NCBI GenBank assembly: GCA_051294375.1
Contig: CM119267.1
Span: 9,201,709-9,265,708, forward strand
From: Paraspadella gotoi
Lineage: Eukaryota > Animalia > Chaetognatha
DNA length: 64,000 nucleotides
Direction: 5' to 3'
Below are positions 30,779 to 40,956 of the stretch, piece by piece (position 1 is the stretch's first letter; each line of letters begins with the position of its first letter). The translations under genes and the position numbers were made by a program. The notes beneath the pieces are model-generated. The model saw only the letters and a list, made by a program, of their open reading frames with translations, did no database searches and was not told the DNA's origin.

Positions 30779-31608
30779 AATACGGAGATTAGATTATTAT
30801 TTTATTTATTTGTTAAAATATTTTTTGTGTTAAATAATTAAATATAAAATCTGTTTGGGATGGGGATGTTAGTGTCGTCTTCTGGAAATAGAGGGTGCAT
30901 CTACACAACACAAGGTTAGATTAATTTCTGTTCCAGTTTTCTAATAGTTGTCGTACATCATTCCTTTTGGAAAATCATTAATAAGAATATGATGGACCAT
31001 AGTGGAAATCGGCGGTCCATTACTTGTAGAGAAATAATATTAATCTCAGGAAAAAATTATCGGATAATAATTAATATTAATTCTTGTCCAATTTTAATTT
31101 GTTTTTGAACATTTTTTTTCTTTCTCGGAACATAAACATGGGATCAACTCATTGACTTGGTTAAAATTATGTTAAAATTATGTTCGTAAGCAATTAAAAT
31201 ATGAAAATATACTGCCGTCTGTTCTACTTACCGAAGATTCCGAAAAGGGGGGAAATGTTTCGGATAATATCAAAGAAAATCTGAAAACAATTAATTAATT
31301 CCTACAAAGAGGCATTCTTTATATTTATAACTTTTCGCTCTTCTCTTCTTTACGTCTAGGTATTGACAAAATCCAACGAATTCGCGCTCGTCAGACATCG
31401 TCGGCGACAATGTCACGGAATCTCGAGACATTAACCGACTTTCCTAACGCCAGTCCCAACACGATGGATGAACCATGAATGCCAAAAATGAAATAGAAAT
31501 GTTCTCTTTGTTACAAATTTGTCAGACTTGCCCAATCAAATAAACTACCGAATTTTTCTAATTAGTCTTTGATACTTTTTGTTTTTATTCCCTTTAGACT
31601 GAAACAAG

Positions 31609-33890
31609 TTAGATTTTATTCTCCCATAGCTTCTCCTCCACGCACTCTTTTCTAAAGTCCATTATTATGTCTGCAACTTTTTTAGGTAATTCCATAGGAG
31701 TCATGTGACCACTTTCTTTTAACTCATCCAACCGACACTGAAGAGAATCGGCCATCATTGATGCTCCAGAAACGTGGAAAATCATGTCATTTTTCCCCCA
31801 GATAATATGCATCGGAGTTTTAATGAACATTTTCCAAAGTCCTAAATTTCTGTGAGTCCATCGTTCACAAATCAATTCCGGACCGACGTTGTTCCAGTAT
31901 TTTCGGTAGCTTTCATACTCGCTCTTTTTTAGCGCTAATACTGCTTTCCAAAACCACTGAAAATGAAATAAAATGTTGAAGCTAAATTAGAGTATTTTTT
32001 ACATTTTAAATATAATTTGTAATCAGAAACTGACGCTGACGCAATAAATTTTTTTATAGTATTATTCTGCTTATGTTTATGTATTTTAACCTTCGGATAT
32101 TTCCACTTCGGACACTTGTAATAAATTGTTTTATGCCATGAAAATAATCCTTTAGGTGTATCTGGCGTCGCTAACGTTGTAAAGGTCGATATATTCTCCG
32201 TTGCTACTCGATTAAATATCTCTGTGTGTTCTGGAGTCCAAAGTGTTGGGCAGAGTAAAGATAAAAACCTCACATGTCCTTCCGGTCCATATTTTATCGC
32301 GTAAATAGCTGCAAGTATCGCGCCCCAGGAATGACCAATCAGATGGATTCCTCCTTTAAGTTAAATGCTCTGGTGGTAATTAGGTATTCTTATTTAACTT
32401 TCAATGTTCTGGTTTTTGTTTTACCTCTGACTCTGTTAAGTTTTATGGTTTTGACGAATTGATGAACACGTTTTACGACACCCTCGTTTGTCAGATCGTC
32501 ATTTTCTTTAAAAGTGGTTCCACAATGGCCAGGCAAGTCCAGAGCGACGCAGTGAAGAGTTGACGGAAAACGGCGAGACAAAGCATAAAATGTATCCTGT
32601 AGAATTTTTCAAATATAAGTATGTACGTTACCTTAAATACACTTAAACTTAGCCAAACTATTTTTTTTCCACGATAGTGATATGACACAATGAAAAATGG
32701 CGTTGTGTAACAGTTAGAGGCATAAAAAAATCACTGTTCGATATTATGATATTTGGTTTTGTGTTTTATTTTTATGTATTTATATCAAAAATATTAATGC
32801 AATTTTTTTTTAGATATTAGTACAACACGCACGCATAAGCAAAAGTACCAACCAATTAATTTGGGTCAAAAACAACAACAGAAACAACAGGGACAAAATC
32901 AGCAGTAGAACGTTTCGTTACGTTATTTTTAATTGTCATATACGAATAAAAAAATAACCGACCGTCTCGGTTCCAGTCGGCGCAAGTGAAATTAACTCTC
33001 TTAACCATATAAAAAACTATTATAAATGTAATATTAATATATTTTTTCTTATTAAACGTTGTTAGAAGATGCATGGTTCAGCATTTTACTTTTAGTTTTC
33101 CTTTGCTAGTCCAAATCTAACATGAACTGCTGATTTTTCACAACGTGTATGCAACTGTTTTAAATTATATACGTATATACTATATTTCTAGGCTTAGGGA
33201 AGAAATATTAAATTTATCCTCGATAGTTGTATTCCCTTAAGAATTATATGTACAAAATTACATCTAAAAGTTTAATACTATTACGAATAATTGGATTTTT
33301 AAACGTAAAATACTGCGCTATATTATTAAATATTACATTTTACCCTTAAAAAAAGCTGACCTTTCTATGTTTAGTAAAGAAAATATATTCTCAGAGAATT
33401 ATCCCTTAGTCAGCTAGGATTACAAGGGTCGGTTTTGAACCACTATGCTCTTGCTAGCTCAACACTTAGGTTTAGCATCCATTAAGATATTAACATGTAA
33501 TTGCTATCTTTTCATAGGTCTATACTTGAATACATTGCAAGCCTAACTCTCTAGTTCATTAGTCTTACCAAGAAGCCAGTCAAGTAGCCTTCAAACATTA
33601 AGTAAGTCACTGAATAATTATCCACTGAACCTTTAGTAACCGATGTCATGTATAATCAGGGTAACCATCATCACAACAGAGATATCCCTCTGTTAGATAC
33701 GCACTTTGCTAGATGTCAGCCCGTGGAGAAACAGAACGGACGGTTGATCTTTGTCCAACGAGGGAGGAAATCCTCGCTCGGCATACGTGAAAATGAAATC
33801 CTCGTTCTCCAACTTAGCCATTTTAAACTTGTACCCTGCCCGTCGAGCGCGATCACGGTTCACGCATTTTATTAAAGTCTTGGCACCCAT
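31609..33890 (-). CDS. Alpha/beta hydrolase, ABHD6-like monoacylglycerol lipase; multi-exon; only - strand gene
   Basis: PSVLFLHGLTSSK, HCVALDLPGHCGT, IHLIGHSWGA (nucleophile elbow), IIWGKNDMIF, SGHMTPMELP. Confidence 0.8.
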
Positions 33891-34569
33891 TTCCCAAGAG
33901 ATGTTAATGCGCCCTAATCCCCCCGTCCCATTATAGCCTTCGAAAAACAGTATAAGCTTAAGGCACGTGGTCGAAGAAACGTAAAATTAAGTTGTAAACC
34001 TTCTGTGGAAACGGTTCTATTTTTTTGTTTTGTCGAGGGACGAGGACGAAAATTTTATATTTTTATATATATGGAGTGAAGATTGGGAGAAAGAATTCAG
34101 TAAATTAGAATAGCACAAGAAAAAGATTGCAGTATACCATGTTAAGACTCGTTTAACTAGATTACATGATTTTGTATGTATGAGCGATTTGAGGCGATTT
34201 ATTTATGTTTCAACCTCTACAGAGAATACTTCTAAAATACTTCTAATACTAATTGATGCTTCTGTAGCTGTTAGTTGGTTCAGTCGAATTCCTTAACAGT
34301 TGAGGCTTGAATGTCATTGAAGTATGTCATAAGCGAATTATACTCACAATAATTAAGGTTAAAGTCGATATATAAATTATAATGTTTATAATTATATGAA
34401 GTTATTTTATACCGAGTACGACCTCTTTTAAGTTCCATAGATCTTTTGTTTTTTTTCTTTGAAATCGCCTGAGGCTGTGTGTAATTGTGTCGAGTCAAAC
34501 AAACATTTCCCTCGAGCCCAGGCTTCCAAAAGTTTAATAGTTATGAGTCAATAGTCATTGCTGACGGAT

Positions 34570-34983
34570 GGGGACTTTTTCTTGGCTTCATCCCTCTGGT
34601 TGTTACTACCTTCGGGGCATGGGACCTGGATGCTTTCTCAAACTTAAAAGATTTCGCCAAACTCCAAGCAACGAATGCAGGCTTAGATATCGGCAAAACG
34701 TCTAAGCACTTTTTTGAGAGACTTTCTGTCTGCCTTCAGCGCGAGAACGGGGACCTGCTCGCTTCCCGAAGTCCCGTGATTGAGTTGCCGTCTCATGTGG
34801 ACGGAGTTGCTTGACTTTGTCTCCCGATCTCTTCTTCTTTTTCATTCTTTTTTATCTTCCCCTTATTTGTTCTCGTTTATTGTTGACATAAGTTATTTTT
34901 GCAACCATTCCTGCAATTATTTGTTTGCTCTGTTTTCTTTTCAGAAAAAAAAAAAAAAAAAAAAAAAAAAAATAAAAAAAAAA
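34570..34983 (+). mobile_element. 5'-truncated non-LTR retrotransposon 3' end (CRE/RLE-type endonuclease tail) with 3' UTR and poly(A); 5' boundary approximate
   Basis: FIPLVVTTFGAW..FFERLSVCLQRENG resembles the F-x-P..G-x-W..RLSxxLQRxN tail of restriction-like endonuclease non-LTR elements; A-tract 34946-34983. Confidence 0.72.
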
Positions 34984-35099
34984 TTAGTATTTGGTACTTG
35001 AAACCATTACCCACGATATCCTCCTTAATTTTGTTTCCCTATCGTTTTTTCTCGATCATTTTTCTTTTTCACAACTGCCAATTACTAGAATATTTTCTA

Positions 35100-35218
35100 T
35101 TCATAAAATTGGTACAACCAATATAAAAATTATCCACTCATTTAATGAATAAGCTATCTTGCCCCTGACCTTGGACAGTCTTTGGTTTATTAACGCCTCC
35201 ATCACTCTTACAAGATTT
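35100..35218. repeat. Dispersed repeat, copy 3, immediately upstream of ATP5PD
   Basis: AAATTGGTACAACCAATATAAAAATTATCCA..CCCCTGACCTTGGACA..CCTCCATCACTCTTACAAGAT matches 8766-8870. Confidence 0.8.
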
Positions 35219-35266
35219 TTTTTTTTTTTAAATTTTAGGTCCAGTTCTATAGAGTTTACTAGAAAA

Positions 35267-36105
35267 ATGTCCAAATTCCTAGACAAGCGTCTTACAAAAT
35301 CAAAGATTAATTGGAAAGAACTTAAAAAACGCATGCCATCTAAAATAGCGCGTGATTTATTTGATATAACGAAGAATACGAGCGATCGTCACGCGCAGTC
35401 CATTAAGGAGCTTCCCGGCGAACTCCCCTGGATAAACTGGGAGGGATATTTCAGTAAGGTTCCCGGTTCTGAGCTGTTCAGAGACTTGCGGGTAAGTTAA
35501 TAAATTGTCTAACCTGTCTTCGTGGAGAAGAAGCATTGATAAAATTTTACTTTCGCCGACTGGGGTTTTGGCTTCTTTTTAAAAAAACATTTCACCTTAA
35601 TCACTCCTAACCTAAACTACCACTAAACCGTCCATAACCATAAAACCCCCCTAACCCTAGTCGGCGAAGGTAAAAAGTACACGATCTCCCTTTATCCCCA
35701 CTTTTTCTTTCTCAGAAACAATATCGCCTGGTGGAAATCCCTTACCCGACCGACACCGACGGTCGCTTCGGCTCCGCCCTCGCCAAGGATGAGGAGATCA
35801 AGGAGGTTAGGGATGAAGTGCTGGCGATGGTCGCCCGCAACGAGTGGAACAACGAACGCGACAAGACCTTTTTCCGACGCCTCCCTCCCGCTCGCTCCAT
35901 GACCATGGAAATGTACATGGAGGCCTTTCCTAATCGCCACATGGTCAAGCCGTGGCTCAGAGATGCTCACGAGGACGAGCTGGATGTCGTCGATCGCAAA
36001 CTCGCTGTCTTTGCCAAAAAGAACATCGAGGAGAAGCGCAAGAAGCCCATCCTGCCGCGAATCAATTTCGATCCGGCGTCCGAGGCTGGAAAGAATCCGG
36101 AATAA
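35267..36105 (+). CDS. ATP5PD: Mitochondrial ATP synthase subunit d; exons 35267-35491, 35716-36105
   Basis: KINWKEL, LPGELPWINWEGYFSKV, KQYRLVEIPYPTD, LPPARSMTMEMYMEAFP follow the subunit d pattern (IDW..Y, IPYP, MT.E...AFP). Confidence 0.75.
35545..35675. mobile_element. Small intronic element with 23-bp imperfect terminal inverted repeats and CCTAAC repeats (MITE/Helentron-derived)
   Basis: TTTTACTTTCGCCGACTGGGGTT (35545-35567) vs reverse complement of AACCCTAGTCGGCGAAGGTAAAA (35653-35675), 2 mismatches. Confidence 0.6.
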
Positions 36106-36296
36106 CCAGCACTCGATTTACGCTTGAGGCTGCAGACTTGAAACGAAAGTTCTTTTCGTTACGATCTTTTTAAAAAACATCTGTTTTTAATTGTCTTTTA
36201 AAAGTGATATGAGTAAATTTTTTTCTCGTTCAGGCAGGGAATGAAAATTTTTATTATGAAGTGCTGATGGAGTGAAGAAATCGAGAGAGAAGAAAA

Positions 36297-37970
36297 ATGG
36301 AACTAGAGCGATTATGCAACAAAATTACTCGTTGCATCCAGAACGAGCTGCGGTCCGGGTGGACGCTGTTGCGCGATTCTCAACGGTGTAGCATCACCGT
36401 GATAAAGACGGAGATTCTTGTCGCCGAACGAGATGATTCTCTCCTTGTTAAGAAAGAACCGTATTTTCTCCCCGCGACGCCGTCCAACGTAGAAAGCTTC
36501 GATCCATTCGAGGAGAACGACATCGATGCTCTCGGAATCGGCTTCTCCATCGAAAACGGAACGTTTCAGCTCAAAGCGGAGGAATCCGCGATTTCGTCGG
36601 AACCGGACGTCCCCAACGGCGTTGATTTCATCCAAGGATCGTCGGATAATGCCTTGACTAGTGATCCCGGAAAAGACGAAGACGAAGCGGCGCCGCCTCT
36701 CCCGCGACTCAGAAGACGAAAGACCAGGACGACTTTGACGAAGACGAACGGGGAAGAGACGAATTTCTCTTTGCCTTCTAGATTTTACCGACGAATTCCC
36801 GGCACGAGGACTTATACTTGCAAACACCCAAAATGCGGAAAAACTTTCAATTCTGCCGGCGGCTGCTACACGCATCACCTCCGCGTTCATCAGAACGTCT
36901 CCAAAGACAAAGACAAAAAGTGCGATCTATGTCCGGAAGCCTTTTTCTCCCTGTCACGACTTCGCTGGCATCGCGATGTTTGGCATCCCGAGTCCATTCC
37001 GGTCGATTCTTCGTTTGTCTGCGACGTTTGCGGAAAGATTCTCAGCTGCGGTTCTACGCTCAAAACTCACCGTCGCCTTTTGCACGAGACGAAAAAGATC
37101 AACTATTTTAAATTCTGCCGCATCTGTCACATTTACGTTGACAAGATTGACTCCAACGAGGGTAGCAATGACAAATGTTCTTTTAAGGCTTCCCTCCTAA
37201 ATCATTTCGTCGTCAATCACCCCAATGAGCTCTTCGTCTGCACCTCCGAAGGCTGCGGCGAAAGGTTTGTGAAAAAAAGTCAGCTCAATCGCCACGTTGA
37301 CGTTGTGCACAAGGGTCTAGTCAACCTGTTCCAGTGCCCTCACTGCGCTAAATCATTGGGAACCTCGAAAAAACTCAGTTTTCACATTGACACCGCTCAT
37401 CCGGATTACGCCGGCGAACTAAACTTCTTCTGCGAATGGCAGGGGTGCAACAAAGCCTTTTCTTGTGAAGACAATCTGAAAATCCATTTCGACGGACACA
37501 GTCGCCGCGAAAAGGAGAAAATCAACGGGCACGTTCCACGAAAGACCTGTCCGGTTTGCTCCAAGGAAGTGGCGCCAACCTACTTGGCGCTGCATATGCG
37601 CAATGCCCATGGGCCCAAGCAGGAGCCGCGTAACTGCGGGGAGTGCAACGCCGTCTGCGTCTCGATCAGGGCGTTAAAAAATCACTTTAAAAAATTTCAC
37701 TCGGGCATCATCTATACGTGCGACATTTGCTCAAAGACATTTAATTATAAGAGCGGCCTCGAATCGCATATTGAGCGGGTGCACGAGAAGAAGCGCCACA
37801 AATGCACAGATTGCGATAAGGTTTACGGCGGAAGGAAAGAAATGCTGGTGCACTACCGCGCGGTTCACAAGGGAATTAGATTTCCTTGTCGGATGTGTCA
37901 TAGAGAATTTCTCCGTGGTCCGGATCGAAACCGACACGAAAGGAGCTTTCACAACATAGCGAGCGAATGA
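36297..37970 (+). CDS. Multi-C2H2 zinc finger protein, intronless
   Basis: About a dozen CxxC..HxxxH units, e.g. YTCDICSKTFNYKSGLESHIERVH. Confidence 0.9.
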   Translation: MELERLCNKITRCIQNELRSGWTLLRDSQRCSITVIKTEILVAERDDSLLVKKEPYFLPATPSNVESFDPFEENDIDALGIGFSIENGTFQLKAEESAISSEPDVPNGVDFIQGSSDNALTSDPGKDEDEAAPPLPRLRRRKTRTTLTKTNGEETNFSLPSRFYRRIPGTRTYTCKHPKCGKTFNSAGGCYTHHLRVHQNVSKDKDKKCDLCPEAFFSLSRLRWHRDVWHPESIPVDSSFVCDVCGKILSCGSTLKTHRRLLHETKKINYFKFCRICHIYVDKIDSNEGSNDKCSFKASLLNHFVVNHPNELFVCTSEGCGERFVKKSQLNRHVDVVHKGLVNLFQCPHCAKSLGTSKKLSFHIDTAHPDYAGELNFFCEWQGCNKAFSCEDNLKIHFDGHSRREKEKINGHVPRKTCPVCSKEVAPTYLALHMRNAHGPKQEPRNCGECNAVCVSIRALKNHFKKFHSGIIYTCDICSKTFNYKSGLESHIERVHEKKRHKCTDCDKVYGGRKEMLVHYRAVHKGIRFPCRMCHREFLRGPDRNRHERSFHNIASE

Positions 37971-38077
37971 GAAAAAACAAACCCTATCAGATTTACTTTT
38001 TCAATTTTTCTGTTATTTTTTTCTATGTGATTTTTACAAGTTTTGTCTTTCTTTTAGTGTTAGTTTGTTGAAAAAAA

Positions 38078-39193
38078 ATGAAGCGGATTTTTATTTTGGT
38101 CCTTTTTTTGACAAATCAACTTTTTGGTGACGACAGGTATTCCGACCTGCATTACCGCGACTCGTCACTTCAATCGCTTCATCGGAGTGAAAACGTGACT
38201 GTCCTGACGTTTAACATAAACCACCTCCATTACATTGTTCAAATCTCTCTTCGCCCGCGGAACGAGAGTCCCCGGCTTCGGCGCCTCAACGCCGCTCTTC
38301 GACTTTTGGGTGTTGAGCCCGAAAATTCGGTAAAATTCGGAAGCCCGAATGTTCTTGTCCTGACTGAGGTTATGTCCAACTCGGCTAATCAAGAAGTCGC
38401 TAAACTCGTCGACATTTATCCTCATCAAACGCCACGACTCGGTAACGACTGTGCCGATCCTGGATTTGTCTCTCACACCGGGTGCCGAAAATATCTCCTC
38501 AATGGCGGTGTCAAGATCTTAAGCCAGTGGCCTATACTCCGGGCTGACGGGCTTGTTTTCCGCAACCGCATCAATGGCGACCAACTCGTGAATAAAGGCG
38601 CGATTCGAGCTATCATCAGGTCACCAAATGGAGTTATCTTTCATATAATTGGCACGCACATGCAGTCCACGGAGACAGAACTGCAAAAGACTTCATTGAA
38701 TGAGAAGGCAATTCGGCGTAAAGAGCTGGTGGAGATTGTCCAGTGGATGGGCGACCTTCGCGTTCCGCCTAACGAGACAGTCATTCTTGCCGGCGACTTC
38801 AACATAGAGTTTGGAAGTCCCGAATTTGCCACCCTTCTGACCGCCGTTCCCCTCTCAGTCTCTTTTGTCCCAGATCCCGACGTCGGTGGGTCATTTTCGG
38901 CCAAGTATCGCGGAGAGAGAACTAATTGGCTTACTGCCTACCACCTCTACGGTACCAACGTCTCACAAATGGACGAGACTCTAGACTACGTCACTTTTTT
39001 TACTCATCACCGCCACCCAACGATCCTGAATAGGATGGAGGTGTTGCCAGTGAAGAGCTCAGAATCCTGGTCTTGGTGGAGGTTGAGAGGATCGTGGAAA
39101 ATTAACGAAACTGTCTATTATCACGATGGGCATTATCGGGATTTATCCGATCATTACCCCGTGGTGCAAAAATTTTCAATTACTTCTGATTAA
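38078..39193 (+). CDS. Secreted sphingomyelinase C-like phosphodiesterase (EEP fold, bacterial beta-toxin type), intronless
   Basis: Signal peptide MKRIFILVLFLTNQLFG; LTFNI, LVLTEV, YPHQTP, GGVKILSQWPI, NKG, HIIGTHMQS, ILAGDFNI, TLDYV, Trp-rich hairpin, DLSDHYPV. Confidence 0.85.
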   Translation: MKRIFILVLFLTNQLFGDDRYSDLHYRDSSLQSLHRSENVTVLTFNINHLHYIVQISLRPRNESPRLRRLNAALRLLGVEPENSVKFGSPNVLVLTEVMSNSANQEVAKLVDIYPHQTPRLGNDCADPGFVSHTGCRKYLLNGGVKILSQWPILRADGLVFRNRINGDQLVNKGAIRAIIRSPNGVIFHIIGTHMQSTETELQKTSLNEKAIRRKELVEIVQWMGDLRVPPNETVILAGDFNIEFGSPEFATLLTAVPLSVSFVPDPDVGGSFSAKYRGERTNWLTAYHLYGTNVSQMDETLDYVTFFTHHRHPTILNRMEVLPVKSSESWSWWRLRGSWKINETVYYHDGHYRDLSDHYPVVQKFSITSD

Positions 39194-39524
39194 ATACTTT
39201 TTTAAAAAACTGCTTTTCAAAAGCGTTTTTTCATTCTTTTTCTATTCTTATGCTTTTGCATTACTTGCATGACGGTTTTATTTCTATAAATTATTTGGTC
39301 ATACGCTTTTGCATGACATTAATTTTTATAATCCATGCCATGTTGACTTTCATACAGTTTAAATTGAGTTTATTTACTCATGATCATGGTGCCAAATTTC
39401 TTTCTTATTTTGGGTGGGTTACTGTCCTTTGCACGTTCCGATTCTTCTGGCCTTTGAATCTATATTCTTTTTTTTTTCTTTTTTTTTCTCTGTTTAAGTA
39501 TTTATTTGCTTTTTTAGAATTACT

Positions 39525-40886
39525 ATGAGGAATGTACTTTTAAGGTATACTATTCTGAAATGCCTAAGACGCTTTGAACAAAATGGAATTGTGTCTTTCG
39601 AAAAAAGACTTTTTTCTGTCGGATTCGCTCATTCGAAAAAAGAGACGGGGGCCGACTCCGACGATTTGCCTCCATTTGCTTCAGCTTCCGACTCCGTTGT
39701 GTTGGAACAGACGCATGGTGATGTCGCCTTGGTGGGAATAAACCGACCAAAGGTTCGCAACTGCGTTAACCCGGCGACTGCGCTAGCTCTAAGAGAGTCG
39801 TTAGAGCGGTTCGACCGCGATGATGGCCTCAGAACTGCGATTCTACACGGTATAGGAGGAAACTTCTGCGCCGGTTACGATCTTAAGGAACTGTCAGATG
39901 GCGATTATAAAGATCAGGTTATGGATATGGGGAGACATATGTGATGCCCGGGGTGTGAGGCATCTTCCGACAGCTGCTGCTCAGGGCTTTGGACCAACAG
40001 TGACCACCCCATGTCACTGGCGTGTTTATGCCGACACCGTCACACTTAAACGTGAGGGAATTGAAACCGGAACTCACGGTTGGTAAACGAGTACCAAGCG
40101 AATTTAGATTTCGCCACAAGCTATAAAATAGTACTTTATTGGAGATCGAAAATCTAATGATCCCTTGTTAAACTATTAATTTTGTAGGCCGTTAAAAATG
40201 GATATTTTCACTTCAGTTTTTCGACAAACTAGCTTCTGATCCATTGTTTCGGCCAATGGGTCCCACAAAGCTTTTCTTATCCAAACCGCTCATTGGTGCC
40301 ATTTCTGGTTACGCCGTCGCTGGCGGTTTGGAACTGGCACTTCTTTGCGACGTCCGGATCATCGAGGAGAACGTCGTGTTCGGCGTTTTTTGTCGCCGTT
40401 TCGGTGTTCCCCTTATCGACGGAGGGACAGTCCGTTTGTCTGCCATCGTCGGCTATGGACGTGCCATGGAAATGATTTTAACTGGGCGAGCCGTTTCTGC
40501 CCGAGAAGCACTACAGTGGGGACTCGCCAGCAGCGTAGTTTCAACTGGGACGGCGGTCGGCTGCGCGCTCAGTTTCGCCAGGTTAACACTTATAAATACG
40601 TGGATTCCGATCGCTGATCGCATTTCCATCGCATTATCCTGTTCGATCTCCCAGGTCCCTGAGCAAATTTCCCCGGGAGTGCATGTTGGCCGATAGACGT
40701 TCGCTTTTCCACGCTACATTCGAAGCTCCTTCTGTCGAGGCGGCGTTGGACTATGAATTCATCAACGGACTCCCGGTAGTGGAAAGAGAAGCCATCAAAG
40801 GAGCCCGGCGATTCGCCGACGAAAAAGTCGGAAGAGGAGCAAGTTTCGACTTGGACGGGATGAAAAGACGAAAAAACAATTCTTGA
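39525..40886 (+). CDS. Enoyl-CoA hydratase/isomerase family protein; first intron 39918-40216
   Basis: INRPKVRNCVN, GNFCAGYDLKEL, ISGYAVAGGLELALLCD, FCRRFGVPLIDGGTVRL, MEMILTGRAVSAREA. Confidence 0.9.
39920..40118 (-). mobile_element. Solo LTR of a diverged relative of the 56213 element
   Basis: On - strand begins TGTGGC and ends CCATA like the 56213 LTRs; shares (+ strand) TGTGATGCCC..GGCATCT, CAGTGA..GTCACTGGCG and GAGGGAA; flanked by AGGT/AGCT (degenerate 4-bp TSD). Confidence 0.7.
39982..40047 (-). ncRNA. Twister-ribozyme-like core (permuted, partly degenerate) in the solo LTR
   Basis: - strand: AA GTGT GA CGG TGTCGGCA TAA ACAC GC CAGTGAC-8nt-GTCACTG TTGG TCCA AAGC CCTG. P2 ACAC/GTGT and P3 are perfect; P4 and T1 are weakened. 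Confidence 0.6.
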
Positions 40887-40956
40887 TGTTTTATCGTTGG
40901 CCTTCTTTATTTATATACCAACTGTTATTAGTTTAATATGTTCTTTTTTAAAAAGT

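Noticed and set aside
33400-33470. B-box-like GGTTCAAAACC on the - strand suggesting a tRNA or SINE
   Set aside because: No cloverleaf or convincing A-box could be built; not supportable
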